A stretch of DNA of 64,000 nucleotides from an uncultured delta proteobacterium (lineage in GTDB: Bacteria > Desulfobacterota > Desulfobacteria > Desulfobacterales > SG8-13). The stretch's first letter is position 1, and every line of letters starts with the position of its first letter. The position numbers and the translations under genes are program-made. Positions 39,558 to 50,505 of the stretch are shown here, piece after piece. The stretch spans positions 620,001 through 684,000 of the forward strand of contig CAWKCK010000003.1 in the NCBI GenBank assembly GCA_963848135.1, given 5' to 3'. Below the pieces are notes generated by a model. It did not search any database, was not told where the DNA came from, and worked only from the letters and a program-made list of their open reading frames with translations.

Positions 39558-41018
39558 TCAAAGGAGCTTCGCAACCACAAGGGTGATGTCGTCCTCCTGA
39601 AGAGACGAACCTCTGAAGGCTCCTAATTCCTCTAATATGGCCGTTTGAAGTGAAACGGCCTTTTCCATGTGATGCCGACCGATGATTTCCTGCAATCGTT
39701 CGCGGCCGAACATCTCTCCCTCTTTGTTTCGGGTTTCATGGATACCATCGGTGCCAATAACAACGACGCTTCCGGGTTTCCAAAGGTGGCAGCTGGTGGA
39801 CTGAAATCGATAGTCGCTGTCGACTCCCAGCACGATTCCCTCGCCGGAGAGTAGCTGAAATTCATTCGACTCCGGTTCGTAAAGAATCGCCGGTTCATGT
39901 CCCGCCCGCACCCAGCGAAGGGTCTTGCGCTGGGGATCGATTTCCAGCAGGAACAGGGATACAAATCGACCCGTCTGCAAACTGTCCCGAACAAGATGGC
40001 CGTTGATGTCGTCGATGAGAGCTGAAATATCATCAGCCTTTTGGGAACCGTATAGTAGAAAAGCCCTGGCTGTTGCCATTTGGAGTGCGGCACTGACCCC
40101 GTGATCGGCAGCATCGGCGACGACGATACCTAATCGATCGCCCGGCAACTTGAGATAGTCATAATAATCACCGCCGGTTTCATCGCAGTAAATGCTTATC
40201 CCGGAGATGTCCAGGCCGGGAATCTTGGGTGCGTGGTTCGGCAAGAGATTGCGCTGCACCTCTTCGGCCAGTTTAAGCGCAGAAATCATACGGATTCGGT
40301 CCCGAAGACCGTTTATCATGGCGTTGGTGTGGGCGGCGATGAGGCCGAATTCGTCGTTGGTGGCCACCGGCACAAAGCCTGACAAATCCCCGCGGCTTAC
40401 CCCCTCAAGAACGCTGGTTTCATTTTGAAACAGGATTTTTAAATTTTTGGAGTAGGAGACAATCAGGTTGATGACCATGGTCAGCAAGATGGCCATGATG
40501 AAAAATATTTCATAGGATACGGAAAGTTGGGCATCGATTAGGGCGGATTCAGATTGTTCGATTTTCGAAAGCCAGACAATGTCACGAGAAATAACCAGAA
40601 CAATGACCCCTGTCACAAAAAGAGCGGTCGATATGGCCACCAGAAAAAATTTGCGGGTAACCGGAAAAAGACGGTCTCTAAGCGGTAGGCTGCGCTCGGT
40701 TTTCAGGGCCGTCAGTATATTTCGCCTTTCCCGATCCAGCGCCATATCGATGCCAATGAAGAATCCGACCACAAGGCAACCAAAGAGTAGGCTCAATGCG
40801 CTGACCGCTGGAAAATCAAACATGAGTGTGTTGACGATGGCACCGATCATACCGGCCAACAGGCAGAGCGATACGTCCAGAATGATTTGTCGTTTCGGCT
40901 GGTCAGAAACCGGTGCTTGCCGAACAATAATCTTCTCCAGAGGCAGCCTGAGAAACGCCACGGTGGTGAACGCCCCAAATATGATGGCCCCCAGGATCAC
41001 GGGGGGCAGCGTCTCCAT
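39558..41018 (-). CDS. Membrane-bound HAMP + SpoIIE/PP2C phosphatase (RsbU-like)
   Basis: Several TMs, DEFG..A...N.M (HAMP), GGDYYD, AD..DHG, AGH, TDG..E, DDITL. Confidence 0.92.
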   Translation of the reverse strand: METLPPVILGAIIFGAFTTVAFLRLPLEKIIVRQAPVSDQPKRQIILDVSLCLLAGMIGAIVNTLMFDFPAVSALSLLFGCLVVGFFIGIDMALDRERRNILTALKTERSLPLRDRLFPVTRKFFLVAISTALFVTGVIVLVISRDIVWLSKIEQSESALIDAQLSVSYEIFFIMAILLTMVINLIVSYSKNLKILFQNETSVLEGVSRGDLSGFVPVATNDEFGLIAAHTNAMINGLRDRIRMISALKLAEEVQRNLLPNHAPKIPGLDISGISIYCDETGGDYYDYLKLPGDRLGIVVADAADHGVSAALQMATARAFLLYGSQKADDISALIDDINGHLVRDSLQTGRFVSLFLLEIDPQRKTLRWVRAGHEPAILYEPESNEFQLLSGEGIVLGVDSDYRFQSTSCHLWKPGSVVVIGTDGIHETRNKEGEMFGRERLQEIIGRHHMEKAVSLQTAILEELGAFRGSSLQEDDITLVVAKLL

Positions 41019-41638
41019 CCAAGGTCAGACTTGACCGCCGTAAATCGTCAGCATGACGGTTGCAACGGTGTAATATACGTAGATCATCGCGATGGGCTGC
41101 TTTTCGGTGGTACTCTCCATTTTATCTCCAGTATACATTTAATGGATTCGGCATTCATTTTATCTCGTCGGGGCGCTATCAGCTTGATAATACCTAATTT
41201 GAGCGATTGTCGAGGTTGCCGCAGCTACAAGGAAGATGTCGTTCCGCTATAGTCGGCTATGCGGGACGGCATATGACGCCGTAGATGCGGCAACCCTCCA
41301 GAGGCGGATAAAGATCGGCAATCCCGAAGCGTTTTCAAATTTTAAAATCAAACTTTGATAGAATTCCTTATAAATAAAGCAGTTCCCTCTCCATTTAAAA
41401 TTTGAAACGCTCATTTTAGGTGATACTAACGACCGCTGTGTTCTGAGTCAAGCGATGAATGGGCAAGACACAGGCCCGTTCGTGCTTGATCTTTCCTGCA
41501 CGCGATCTTTTGGGCCGTTGGGGGGCGGTTTGTTACCCTTGAGGAGGAAGGGCTGGTCAACGGCGTCAGCGGGCAAGTGCACACAAAGCAGGATAGAGAA
41601 AGATCAGGCGTCCATAATGAACTGAGATGGCTTTTACT

Positions 41639-41668
41639 TTGACAATATTCAGGTGATGGAATTATAAA
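41639..41668 (+). promoter_or_regulatory. Putative sigma70 promoter for DUF2065-queA-tgt
   Basis: TTGACA-18 nt-TATAAA. Confidence 0.45.
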
Positions 41669-41821
41669 TAAAAGTTTTGAACACGATTTTATACTGCTTA
41701 ACCATAATAAATTCCGAAATATGGAAGGGTGGTATACGTGGTCGGTGAAAAAACGGACACTTAATGCATCGTTTTTCTGACAACCACTATAAACGGAAAT
41801 CGAGTGGCATAAGGGCATCAT

Positions 41822-42007
41822 ATGGATTTTTTTTTGTGTGTTATCGGTATGGTTATGATCGTCGAGGGGTTACCGTATTTCATTTTTCCCCTCAAAATGA
41901 AAACCTGGGTCCTTATGGTCGCTGAAATGCCGGAAGGGAGCCTGCGCCGTGTGGGGCTCGTTTTGATGATTTTGGGGCTCGGGTTGGTCTACATGGGAAA
42001 ACGGTGA
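41822..42007 (+). CDS. DUF2065-family small membrane protein
   Basis: G.V.IVEGLPY..FP..MK...LRR.GL. Confidence 0.85.
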   Translation: MDFFLCVIGMVMIVEGLPYFIFPLKMKTWVLMVAEMPEGSLRRVGLVLMILGLGLVYMGKR

Positions 42008-42021
42008 CTGAAAGCTGAACG

Positions 42022-43074
42022 ATGTATTCTTTGTCTGATTACGATTACATTCTTCCCTCGGAGCGTATCGCCCAGCAACCAGTGGCCACTAGGGACCACT
42101 CGCGGCTCATGGTGATGAACCGTCACAGTGGTGACGTCACCCATTGCACATTCACCGACCTGCTCTCTTTTCTCGAACCACCGGACGTTCTGGTTATCAA
42201 CAATACCGAGGTGATTCCCGGGCGCCTGCTCGGCCGCAAGGCGAGTGGTGGGAAGGTTGAGGTTTTAGTGCTCGACTTTGCCGGCGGAAAGGAAATTGGC
42301 GGCCGGTTTGTCTGCCAGTGCCTGATTAAAGCTGCCAAGGCCCCCCGGATCGGCGCTGAACTTCATTTTGACGCCGGCCTGCGAGCCGCAGTAATGGCCG
42401 GTGCCTCTGGGCGGTATACCCTGGCATTCAATGGCAACGGGTCTTTTGTCGAAATGCTCTATCGCATCGGGCGGGTTCCGCTGCCGCCCTATATCCGACG
42501 TGAATCCAGCGATCCCCTGGCCGGAGACCGCTCGCGTTACCAGACGGTTTATGCCCAACATAAAGGGGCCGTGGCGGCGCCCACAGCCGGCCTTCATTTT
42601 TCTAAAAATTTGCTGACGGCTGTTGCTGCCAAAGGTGTCGGTATCGCTACCTTGACGTTGCATGTCGGCTATGGCACGTTTTTACCGGTCAGGGTTTCCG
42701 ATATTCGTGAGCATCGAATGCACGGCGAAAGGTTTTTAATTCCGGACGCAGCGGCCGAAAGGATCAACTCGGCCAAGAAGTCCGGTGGTCGCGTGATAGC
42801 CGTGGGCACAACGTGCGTACGCACCTTAGAGTTTACCGCTGACGAAAACGGCGAGATTATGCCCGGTAACGGGACCTGCGATCTTTATATTTATCCGGGG
42901 TATCGGTTCAAGGTAATCGATGGGCTGGTAACTAATTTTCACTTGCCTAAATCGACGCTGTTGATGCTGATTGCGGCATTTGCTGGAAGAAAAAACATTC
43001 TCAATGCTTATGAAATGGCAATCAGAGAAAATTACAGATTTTACAGTTACGGGGATGCCATGTTGATACTATAG
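42022..43074 (+). CDS. queA: S-adenosylmethionine:tRNA ribosyltransferase-isomerase
   Basis: IAQ.P, PLPPYI, YQTVYA, AAPTAGLHF, LHVG.GTF, TNFHLPKSTL, FYSYGDAM. Confidence 0.98.
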   Translation: MYSLSDYDYILPSERIAQQPVATRDHSRLMVMNRHSGDVTHCTFTDLLSFLEPPDVLVINNTEVIPGRLLGRKASGGKVEVLVLDFAGGKEIGGRFVCQCLIKAAKAPRIGAELHFDAGLRAAVMAGASGRYTLAFNGNGSFVEMLYRIGRVPLPPYIRRESSDPLAGDRSRYQTVYAQHKGAVAAPTAGLHFSKNLLTAVAAKGVGIATLTLHVGYGTFLPVRVSDIREHRMHGERFLIPDAAAERINSAKKSGGRVIAVGTTCVRTLEFTADENGEIMPGNGTCDLYIYPGYRFKVIDGLVTNFHLPKSTLLMLIAAFAGRKNILNAYEMAIRENYRFYSYGDAMLIL

Positions 43075-43141
43075 GCTAACGGCCCTGATTAAATCATTGA
43101 ACCCTATAAAACTTAAATCCAAAACCAACAATCTAAAATGA

Positions 43142-44266
<1,125 letters not shown>

Positions 44267-44460
44267 TCTGCTAACATTGGGAAGCCATTTTTCTTCCAGA
44301 CCGGCGCTTGGAATGGGGTGCTCGTCAATTCATCCGCCTCTGCCGGTGGATTTTTTGTGTTTTGTATTTATTATGTAAAGAATGACAATGTATTCGAGAA
44401 CGATCCAACCCGGTCTTGGATGCTCGATTTGGCATCCTTTACCAGTACCAGGAGGACAAC

Positions 44461-44679
44461 ATGAAAGAAAAAATTGAAGCGGCAATGAAAAAAATCCGTC
44501 CGATGCTCCAGCGCGACGGCGGCGATGTGGAATTGGTCGATGTAGAAGACGGTGTCGTTAAGGTCCGCCTCCAGGGGGCGTGTGCCGGTTGCCCCATGTC
44601 TCAGATGACGATTAAAAATGGTATTGAAAGGATATTGAAGCAGGAAATTCCGGAGATTAAATCGGTCGTATCCGTTTGA
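44461..44679 (+). CDS. NifU/NfuA-like Fe-S carrier (single domain)
   Basis: IRP.LQ.DGGDVELV, GAC.GCP; SD GGAGG before ATG 44461. Confidence 0.93.
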   Translation: MKEKIEAAMKKIRPMLQRDGGDVELVDVEDGVVKVRLQGACAGCPMSQMTIKNGIERILKQEIPEIKSVVSV

Positions 44680-44743
44680 TCATTAGCGGATATTTACCGA
44701 CGCACCTTTTCGCATTGCATGAAAGTTAAGGCGAGGACAGGTA

Positions 44744-45925
44744 ATGAGCATAGCAGCGGAAATCACTGGCATGATGGCCGGAGCTTCGTGGATCCGGAAG
44801 ATGTTCGAGGAGGGGGCCCGGCTGAAGGCCGAACATGGCGCCGAAAATGTTTATGATTTCAGCCTCGGGAACCCTAACCAGGACCCGCCCGAGGCTTTTA
44901 AGAAAGCACTTAAGACCGTTGTCGAAGAAACAGGACCGATGGGGCATGCGTACATGCCAAACACCGGTTATCCGCACGTGCGCCTTGCGGTGGCCGAATA
45001 CCTGAGCGGCGAGTATAATGTGAGCCTCACTCAAGATGACGTTATCATGACATGCGGCGCCGCCGGTGCGCTCAACGTGATCCTGAAAACAATTCTCGAT
45101 CCGGGTGACGAAGTCATTACTCCGGCGCCATTTTTCGTCGAATACAAGTTTTACGCTGCCAACCACGGCGGCGTTTTGAAGACCGTTGCGACACTCCCGG
45201 ATTTCACCCTTGATCTCGATGCCCTGTCAGCGGCCATTTCTGAAAAGACCAAAGCCGTAATGATCAATTTTCCCAACAACCCCACCGGACAAATTTACAC
45301 CAAAGAGAGTTTGCGGGAACTCGGTGAAATCTTGGCTCGAAAGAGTCAGGAACATCAGCGAACGATCTACCTTATTTCTGACGAACCCTACCGTAAGATC
45401 GTTTATGAAGACATCCCGGTCCCAAGCATCTTCGAACATTACCGCGAGAGCATCCTGGCCACTTCCTATTCAAAAGACTTGTCGATACCCGGTGAGCGCA
45501 TCGGTTTGATTGCTGTCAGCCCTCACACCACCTTTCGACGCGAATTGATCAGCGGCATGACGCTGGCCAATAGAATCCTCGGTTTTGTCAATGCGCCGGC
45601 GCTCATTCAACGGGCTGTGGCAATGGTGCAGGGGGCCACGGTCGACATTTCGGTATACGCCCGCAAAAGGGAATTGCTCTGCGACGGCTTGGCCGAATGC
45701 GGGTACGTATTTATACGGCCGCCCGGCGCCTTTTACCTGTTCCCCCAAACGCCGATACCGGACGATGTGGCCTTCGTCAAATCGCTTCAGGAGGAACTGA
45801 TTTTGGCCGTACCGGGGAGTGGTTTCGGCGGGCCGGGGCACTTTCGGCTTTCCTACTGTGTCGAAGATGTAACGATCAAGAAATCTTTGCCCGGGTTTCG
45901 TAAAACCCTTGAGAAGTATAAATAA
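44744..45925 (+). CDS. Class I/II PLP aminotransferase (aspartate aminotransferase-like)
   Basis: LGNP, PNNPTG, SDEPY, SYSK....GERIG. Confidence 0.92.
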   Translation: MSIAAEITGMMAGASWIRKMFEEGARLKAEHGAENVYDFSLGNPNQDPPEAFKKALKTVVEETGPMGHAYMPNTGYPHVRLAVAEYLSGEYNVSLTQDDVIMTCGAAGALNVILKTILDPGDEVITPAPFFVEYKFYAANHGGVLKTVATLPDFTLDLDALSAAISEKTKAVMINFPNNPTGQIYTKESLRELGEILARKSQEHQRTIYLISDEPYRKIVYEDIPVPSIFEHYRESILATSYSKDLSIPGERIGLIAVSPHTTFRRELISGMTLANRILGFVNAPALIQRAVAMVQGATVDISVYARKRELLCDGLAECGYVFIRPPGAFYLFPQTPIPDDVAFVKSLQEELILAVPGSGFGGPGHFRLSYCVEDVTIKKSLPGFRKTLEKYK

Positions 45926-45999
45926 CCTGTCGGGCACAAACATAAGACCAGCAGCCTTGTTCCGGCCATCATTTCATACGTTACAGAAAGGAGCTTTGA

Positions 46000-46401
46000 A
46001 TGAAGATACTCAAAATCGATCACCTCGGCATCGCAGTCAACAGCATCGATGAAGGCAAGAACTTCTGGTCCGACGTTCTCGGTCTGGCCTTTGAAGGCGC
46101 CGAGACCGTCACCGAGCAAAAAGTCACCACGGCCTTTTTTCCGGTAGGGGAGAGCGAAGTTGAACTCTTGGAATCGACTTCTCCGGACGGGCCGGTTGCC
46201 AAGTACATCGAAAAAAAGGGTCAGGGAATTCAACACATTGCTTTTCGCGTGGAAGATATAGAGGCCGCCTTGCAGGAATTGAAAGACAAAGGCATTCAAC
46301 TCATTGATCAAACCCCGCGGATCGGTGCCGGCGGAGCCAAAATTGCCTTTTTGCATCCCAAGGCTACCGGTGGGGTTTTGGTCGAGCTTTGCCAGCGCTG
46401 A
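46000..46401 (+). CDS. mce: Methylmalonyl-CoA epimerase
   Basis: IDHLGIAV, ELLE, G.QHIAF.V, AFLHPK...GVL.EL. Confidence 0.92.
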   Translation: MKILKIDHLGIAVNSIDEGKNFWSDVLGLAFEGAETVTEQKVTTAFFPVGESEVELLESTSPDGPVAKYIEKKGQGIQHIAFRVEDIEAALQELKDKGIQLIDQTPRIGAGGAKIAFLHPKATGGVLVELCQR

Positions 46402-46427
46402 AGCTCTCTTGAAAAGAGGAGTATTCA

Positions 46428-47324
46428 ATGAGCAATGAAAAAACATTTGCGACGGAAGCCGATAATCTGCTGAACGCCTGGATCAGGACCGCATCCGATT
46501 TCTGGGGATCAACGTTACAAAGCTGGCCCGGTACGACAGAAGATACCGCGGAAGATAAGCCGGAAGACGATACCCGTCGAAAGGAGAGCCGGTCCCAGGA
46601 GTCATTCGAATCGGTATTGAAAACCTGGCAGACCATGTCTGCGGTTGTTAACGATCCCGGCGCCATGGAGACTTTTTCGAACATTGGGCATGCCCTCCCG
46701 AAGGTCCTGTTGAAATTGGTGCAGTCGAGCTGGCAGGGAGTTTTTGAACTCCAACAGCAATGGCAGGAAAAGGCGGGAAGGATCGGTCGTAAAACACAGG
46801 CTTACTCATTCGAGAACCTGGAAGAAGAGACATTTAAGTTTTGGACGGACATCTACGAGAAGGAATTTAAACAGTATTTCTACATTCCCCAATTGGGTTT
46901 AACCCGAGTATATCAGGAGAAATTAAACCAGAGCCTGGACAAGTTAAACCGGTTTCAGGCGACATTCAACGAATTTCTTTACGTCTTCTATTTGCCGATG
47001 GAAAAATCGTTCAAAGTACTCCAGGACGAAGTGACCCAAATGGCCCAGGAGGGCCGGCTGGCCGAAGACGCCAACACATACTATAAAATGTGGATAAAGA
47101 TACTCGAAGGGCACTACATGACCCTTTACAAATCTCCTGAATTCAGCCAGATTATGCGCAAGACCATTGATGGTCTCACGGAGGTCATTGCGGCCCGGGA
47201 AGCCATCACCCAGGACCTTTTGACGCTTCTGGCGGTGCCGAATCAGAGCGATTTGGACGATCTCTACAAGGAAATCTATTTATTGAAGAAAAAGGTTAGA
47301 AAACTCGAAAAAAACCAGCAGTAG
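46428..47324 (+). CDS. phaE: Class III PHA synthase subunit PhaE
   Basis: P.LGL.R..QE, Y..W....E..Y, VP...DLD.LYKEIY.LKK.VR; immediately upstream of phaC. Confidence 0.88.
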   Translation: MSNEKTFATEADNLLNAWIRTASDFWGSTLQSWPGTTEDTAEDKPEDDTRRKESRSQESFESVLKTWQTMSAVVNDPGAMETFSNIGHALPKVLLKLVQSSWQGVFELQQQWQEKAGRIGRKTQAYSFENLEEETFKFWTDIYEKEFKQYFYIPQLGLTRVYQEKLNQSLDKLNRFQATFNEFLYVFYLPMEKSFKVLQDEVTQMAQEGRLAEDANTYYKMWIKILEGHYMTLYKSPEFSQIMRKTIDGLTEVIAAREAITQDLLTLLAVPNQSDLDDLYKEIYLLKKKVRKLEKNQQ

Positions 47325-47395
47325 AAATACCGTAACTGATGATCGATGTTCTTCATTAAAGTGACTCTCCCGATCCGATGTGAAAAGGAAGCCCT

Positions 47396-48613
47396 ATGGA
47401 AAAATCCAAAATTCCCGTTAATCTCATTCTTGAAAAAATGGCCGAGGATGCCGAAAGCGTTCAGGCTCGCGCTCGGAAGGCTTCGGATGTCTTGCTGCAG
47501 GATCTCGATACTTCGATAGCACCGACACCCTATGATGTTGTCTATGAGGAGGATCGGGTCAAGCTGAAGCATTATCGCCCGGTTACGCCGGCGCGTTATA
47601 AGCATCCGCTTCTTGTGGTGTATGCTCTGATCAACCGGGAAACCATGCTCGATCTGCAGGCGGGCCGAAGCGTCGTGCAAAGCTTCTTGAATCAGGGAAT
47701 TGATCTTTACATGATCGATTGGGGCTATCCAACCCGCAAAGATCGTTACCTGACGATTGACGATCATGTCAACGGATACATGGACAACATCGTCGATTTC
47801 ATACGCGAGAAAAACGGCGTTTCCAAAATTAATCTCATGGGCATCTGCATGGGCGGCACCTTTTCAGTGATTTATTCCGCCCTGCACAAGGAAAAGATCA
47901 AAAACCTCGTTACGACGGTGACCCCGACAAACTTCGATACCGATCAGGGGTTGCTGCACGTTTGGATGAAGGCTGTCAACCCTGACCGCATGGTCGACAC
48001 GTTCGGCAACATGCCCGGAGATTTTCTTAACTTCGGTTTTCTGCTCCTCAATCCCGCCCGGTTGATGATTGATAAGTATATCGGGTTTCTTGAACATATG
48101 GACGATAAAACGTTTGTCGAAAATTTCGTCCGAATGGAAAAGTGGATATTCGACAGTCCGGATGTTCCCGGGGAAACCTTCCGGCAGTTTATCAAGGACG
48201 GTTACCAGGAAAACCTGCTGATTCAAAGCAAGATGAACATTGGTGGGCAAAGGGTTGACCTTAAAAACATCACGATGCCGGTGCTCAATATTTACGGCAA
48301 ATACGACCATCTCGTCCCGCCAGACGCTTGCAACAAGCTAACCGGATGTATCGGCAGCAAAGATGTCGAAGATGTCTGTCTGGATACCGGACATATCGGC
48401 ATTTACGTCAGTTCAAAATACCAAAGGGAGTTTGCGCCGAAGATTGCCGGTTGGCTAAAGGATCGGGACGCCGAAGAAAAGTCATCCCGGTCGGCGAAAA
48501 GTAAATCATCACCCCGTAAAACAGCAGTAAAAAGGACACGGAAAAAGGCGACCGGGCAACCGGCGCGAAAAGCGATAAAAACGTCGCGGCGAAAGGACAC
48601 TTCGCCTAAATAG
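47396..48613 (+). CDS. phaC: Class III PHA synthase subunit PhaC with a basic C-terminal tail
   Basis: YALINR...DLQ, lipase box GICMGG, RMEKWIFDSPD, DHLVPP, GHIG. Confidence 0.95.
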   Translation: MEKSKIPVNLILEKMAEDAESVQARARKASDVLLQDLDTSIAPTPYDVVYEEDRVKLKHYRPVTPARYKHPLLVVYALINRETMLDLQAGRSVVQSFLNQGIDLYMIDWGYPTRKDRYLTIDDHVNGYMDNIVDFIREKNGVSKINLMGICMGGTFSVIYSALHKEKIKNLVTTVTPTNFDTDQGLLHVWMKAVNPDRMVDTFGNMPGDFLNFGFLLLNPARLMIDKYIGFLEHMDDKTFVENFVRMEKWIFDSPDVPGETFRQFIKDGYQENLLIQSKMNIGGQRVDLKNITMPVLNIYGKYDHLVPPDACNKLTGCIGSKDVEDVCLDTGHIGIYVSSKYQREFAPKIAGWLKDRDAEEKSSRSAKSKSSPRKTAVKRTRKKATGQPARKAIKTSRRKDTSPK

Positions 48614-48668
48614 GCATACCAATAACCATTAGGAGTACACCTCATCCCCTGGAGCAAAGGAACGGTAT

Positions 48669-49715
48669 ATGGCCAAAAAGATCAATTACTTCAAATCATT
48701 CTGCAAAGTCAGCAAAGCCTTTGGAACGACCCTCGGTAAAACCGAATTGCTCGATCTGGTGGTCGCAAGCGCCATTGAAACCATGCAGGCCAAAGCCGCA
48801 TGTCTGTTTCTGGCAGATGAAGAAGAGGATATTTTTATGCCGGTGGCCCAGAAAGGGTTGTCCGATAACTATCTGCATGCCAAGCCATGGCATGCCAAAA
48901 AAATCGTATCCGCCATACTAAAGGGCGGTTATCTCACGATCCGTGATGCGACCAAGGATCCCCGGGTTGAAAACCAACAGATGAAAAAAGACGAGGGGAT
49001 CGCGTCGATTTTAGACGTGCCCGTGATGGTCAAAGACAAGGCCATCGGGGTCCTGGCACTTTATACCGCTAAACCACGGGATTTTTCGCAGGAAGAGATC
49101 GAATTTCTTACTGCTTTGGCCGAGCAGGGGGGTATGGCGATCGAACAAGCCCGGCTCCTCGATCGCATTCTCAGCAATGCAACCCTTTTTTTGAAACTGG
49201 CAACTAATATCAACTCCAGCTTGGAGATCAAAGAAGTTCTGCATAACTTGACCGCCGATATGAGTGAAGCCCTCGGCTTCAAAGGGGTTCTTATTCGGCT
49301 ACTCAACAAGCAGACTCGCGCGCTCGATCTCGTTGCCAGCCATGGTTTGAGTGACGAATTTTTGAACAAAGGACCGGTGTCGGTAAAAAAGAGTCTCGAC
49401 GCTGTTATGGACGGTAAAACCGTTCTGATCAAGGATATTGAGTCCGATCCTACGCTTCAGTACCGTGACGCGGTCCTCAAAGAAGGGATTGCTTCAATGG
49501 TGGTCGTGCCGATAAAGGCCAAGGACGAGGTCATCGGTATTATGCGCCTATGCAGCGCGACGAAGAGAGACTATCCGAAGGATCTGCTGATGCTGGTCGA
49601 GGCTTTGGCCCATACCGGAGGGCTCGCTATCCAGAATGCGGCCATGTACCTGGCGCTGCAGAACGACATGAAAAACCTCAAGGAGGATATCTGGAGCCAT
49701 CGCTCGTGGTTTTAG
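48669..49715 (+). CDS. Tandem GAF-domain protein without an output domain
   Basis: Two repeats of A..GLS..(Y/F)L...EGIAS...VP.....IG...(L)...LA.....AI..A. Confidence 0.88.
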   Translation: MAKKINYFKSFCKVSKAFGTTLGKTELLDLVVASAIETMQAKAACLFLADEEEDIFMPVAQKGLSDNYLHAKPWHAKKIVSAILKGGYLTIRDATKDPRVENQQMKKDEGIASILDVPVMVKDKAIGVLALYTAKPRDFSQEEIEFLTALAEQGGMAIEQARLLDRILSNATLFLKLATNINSSLEIKEVLHNLTADMSEALGFKGVLIRLLNKQTRALDLVASHGLSDEFLNKGPVSVKKSLDAVMDGKTVLIKDIESDPTLQYRDAVLKEGIASMVVVPIKAKDEVIGIMRLCSATKRDYPKDLLMLVEALAHTGGLAIQNAAMYLALQNDMKNLKEDIWSHRSWF

Positions 49716-49867
49716 AAGACATCTTAAAATAGGTTTTTCGCCCGATATGCCAGAGGGCGGACAAACCCTCCAGAGGAGGATAAATCTCGGCGTTGAGCCC
49801 TTGTCTCAAGTCCTCATCGAAAACGGATCAGCGCCGTTAGTGCAACCGTGGATGGGCGCGCGTAAAC

Positions 49868-50350
49868 TCAGGAATCGGTATCGTTTTTGGTCGGAGGGGA
49901 GAGATTTGTCATCAGCCGCTGGAATTCTTCACTTTGCTTCTGAATAAGGTCTTGGAGAACATTGAGGGTCTGATTCTGATCGATGACCGGCTGACTGAGG
50001 AGGCTCTTCAAGAGTTTGACAGTTTGGTCCTGTTCGGCAATCTTGCTCTTGAGTGCCCGGTTTTCTTCTTCAAGGGCCTGATAGTCTTCTTTAGAAATCC
50101 AGCCCATGATTCGTAAATTGTCACTGAAAGATTTTCTGAAGTCTGCCGCGGCCTTTTCCCAGGCCGAAGTACTTTCCGGATTGCTCCGGTCGTATTCGTC
50201 AAGGCCGTAGAAGTTCTTGAACATCGTCGTCATTTCATTCGCACCTTCAAAACCCTGGTGAATCCAGCGCGTAATATCTTCGAGCTGCTTTTGGCCTCTG
50301 GCGACCGAGAGCAGATAGTTTCCCCAGAATTCCAAGAAATGCCTGTCCAT
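49868..50350 (-). CDS. Hypothetical helical/coiled-coil protein, PhaE-like resemblance
   Basis: GWISKEDYQALEEEN..LK.KI resembles the PhaE C-terminus; downstream of the PhaC-like gene. Confidence 0.6.
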   Translation of the reverse strand: MDRHFLEFWGNYLLSVARGQKQLEDITRWIHQGFEGANEMTTMFKNFYGLDEYDRSNPESTSAWEKAAADFRKSFSDNLRIMGWISKEDYQALEEENRALKSKIAEQDQTVKLLKSLLSQPVIDQNQTLNVLQDLIQKQSEEFQRLMTNLSPPTKNDTDS

Positions 50351-50505
50351 AGTGTATCCGGTCGTTCTACCGTTGGGTTATATGTCGCTTTTCAAAAATA
50401 ATTCCGCAATACGGAAAGGTGGTATCAGTGGTTGTAGAAAATAAGGTTCGAATAACGGAACGTTTGTTGACGACCACTGTAAGTAAATGATGACGCCGTG
50501 GCAGG

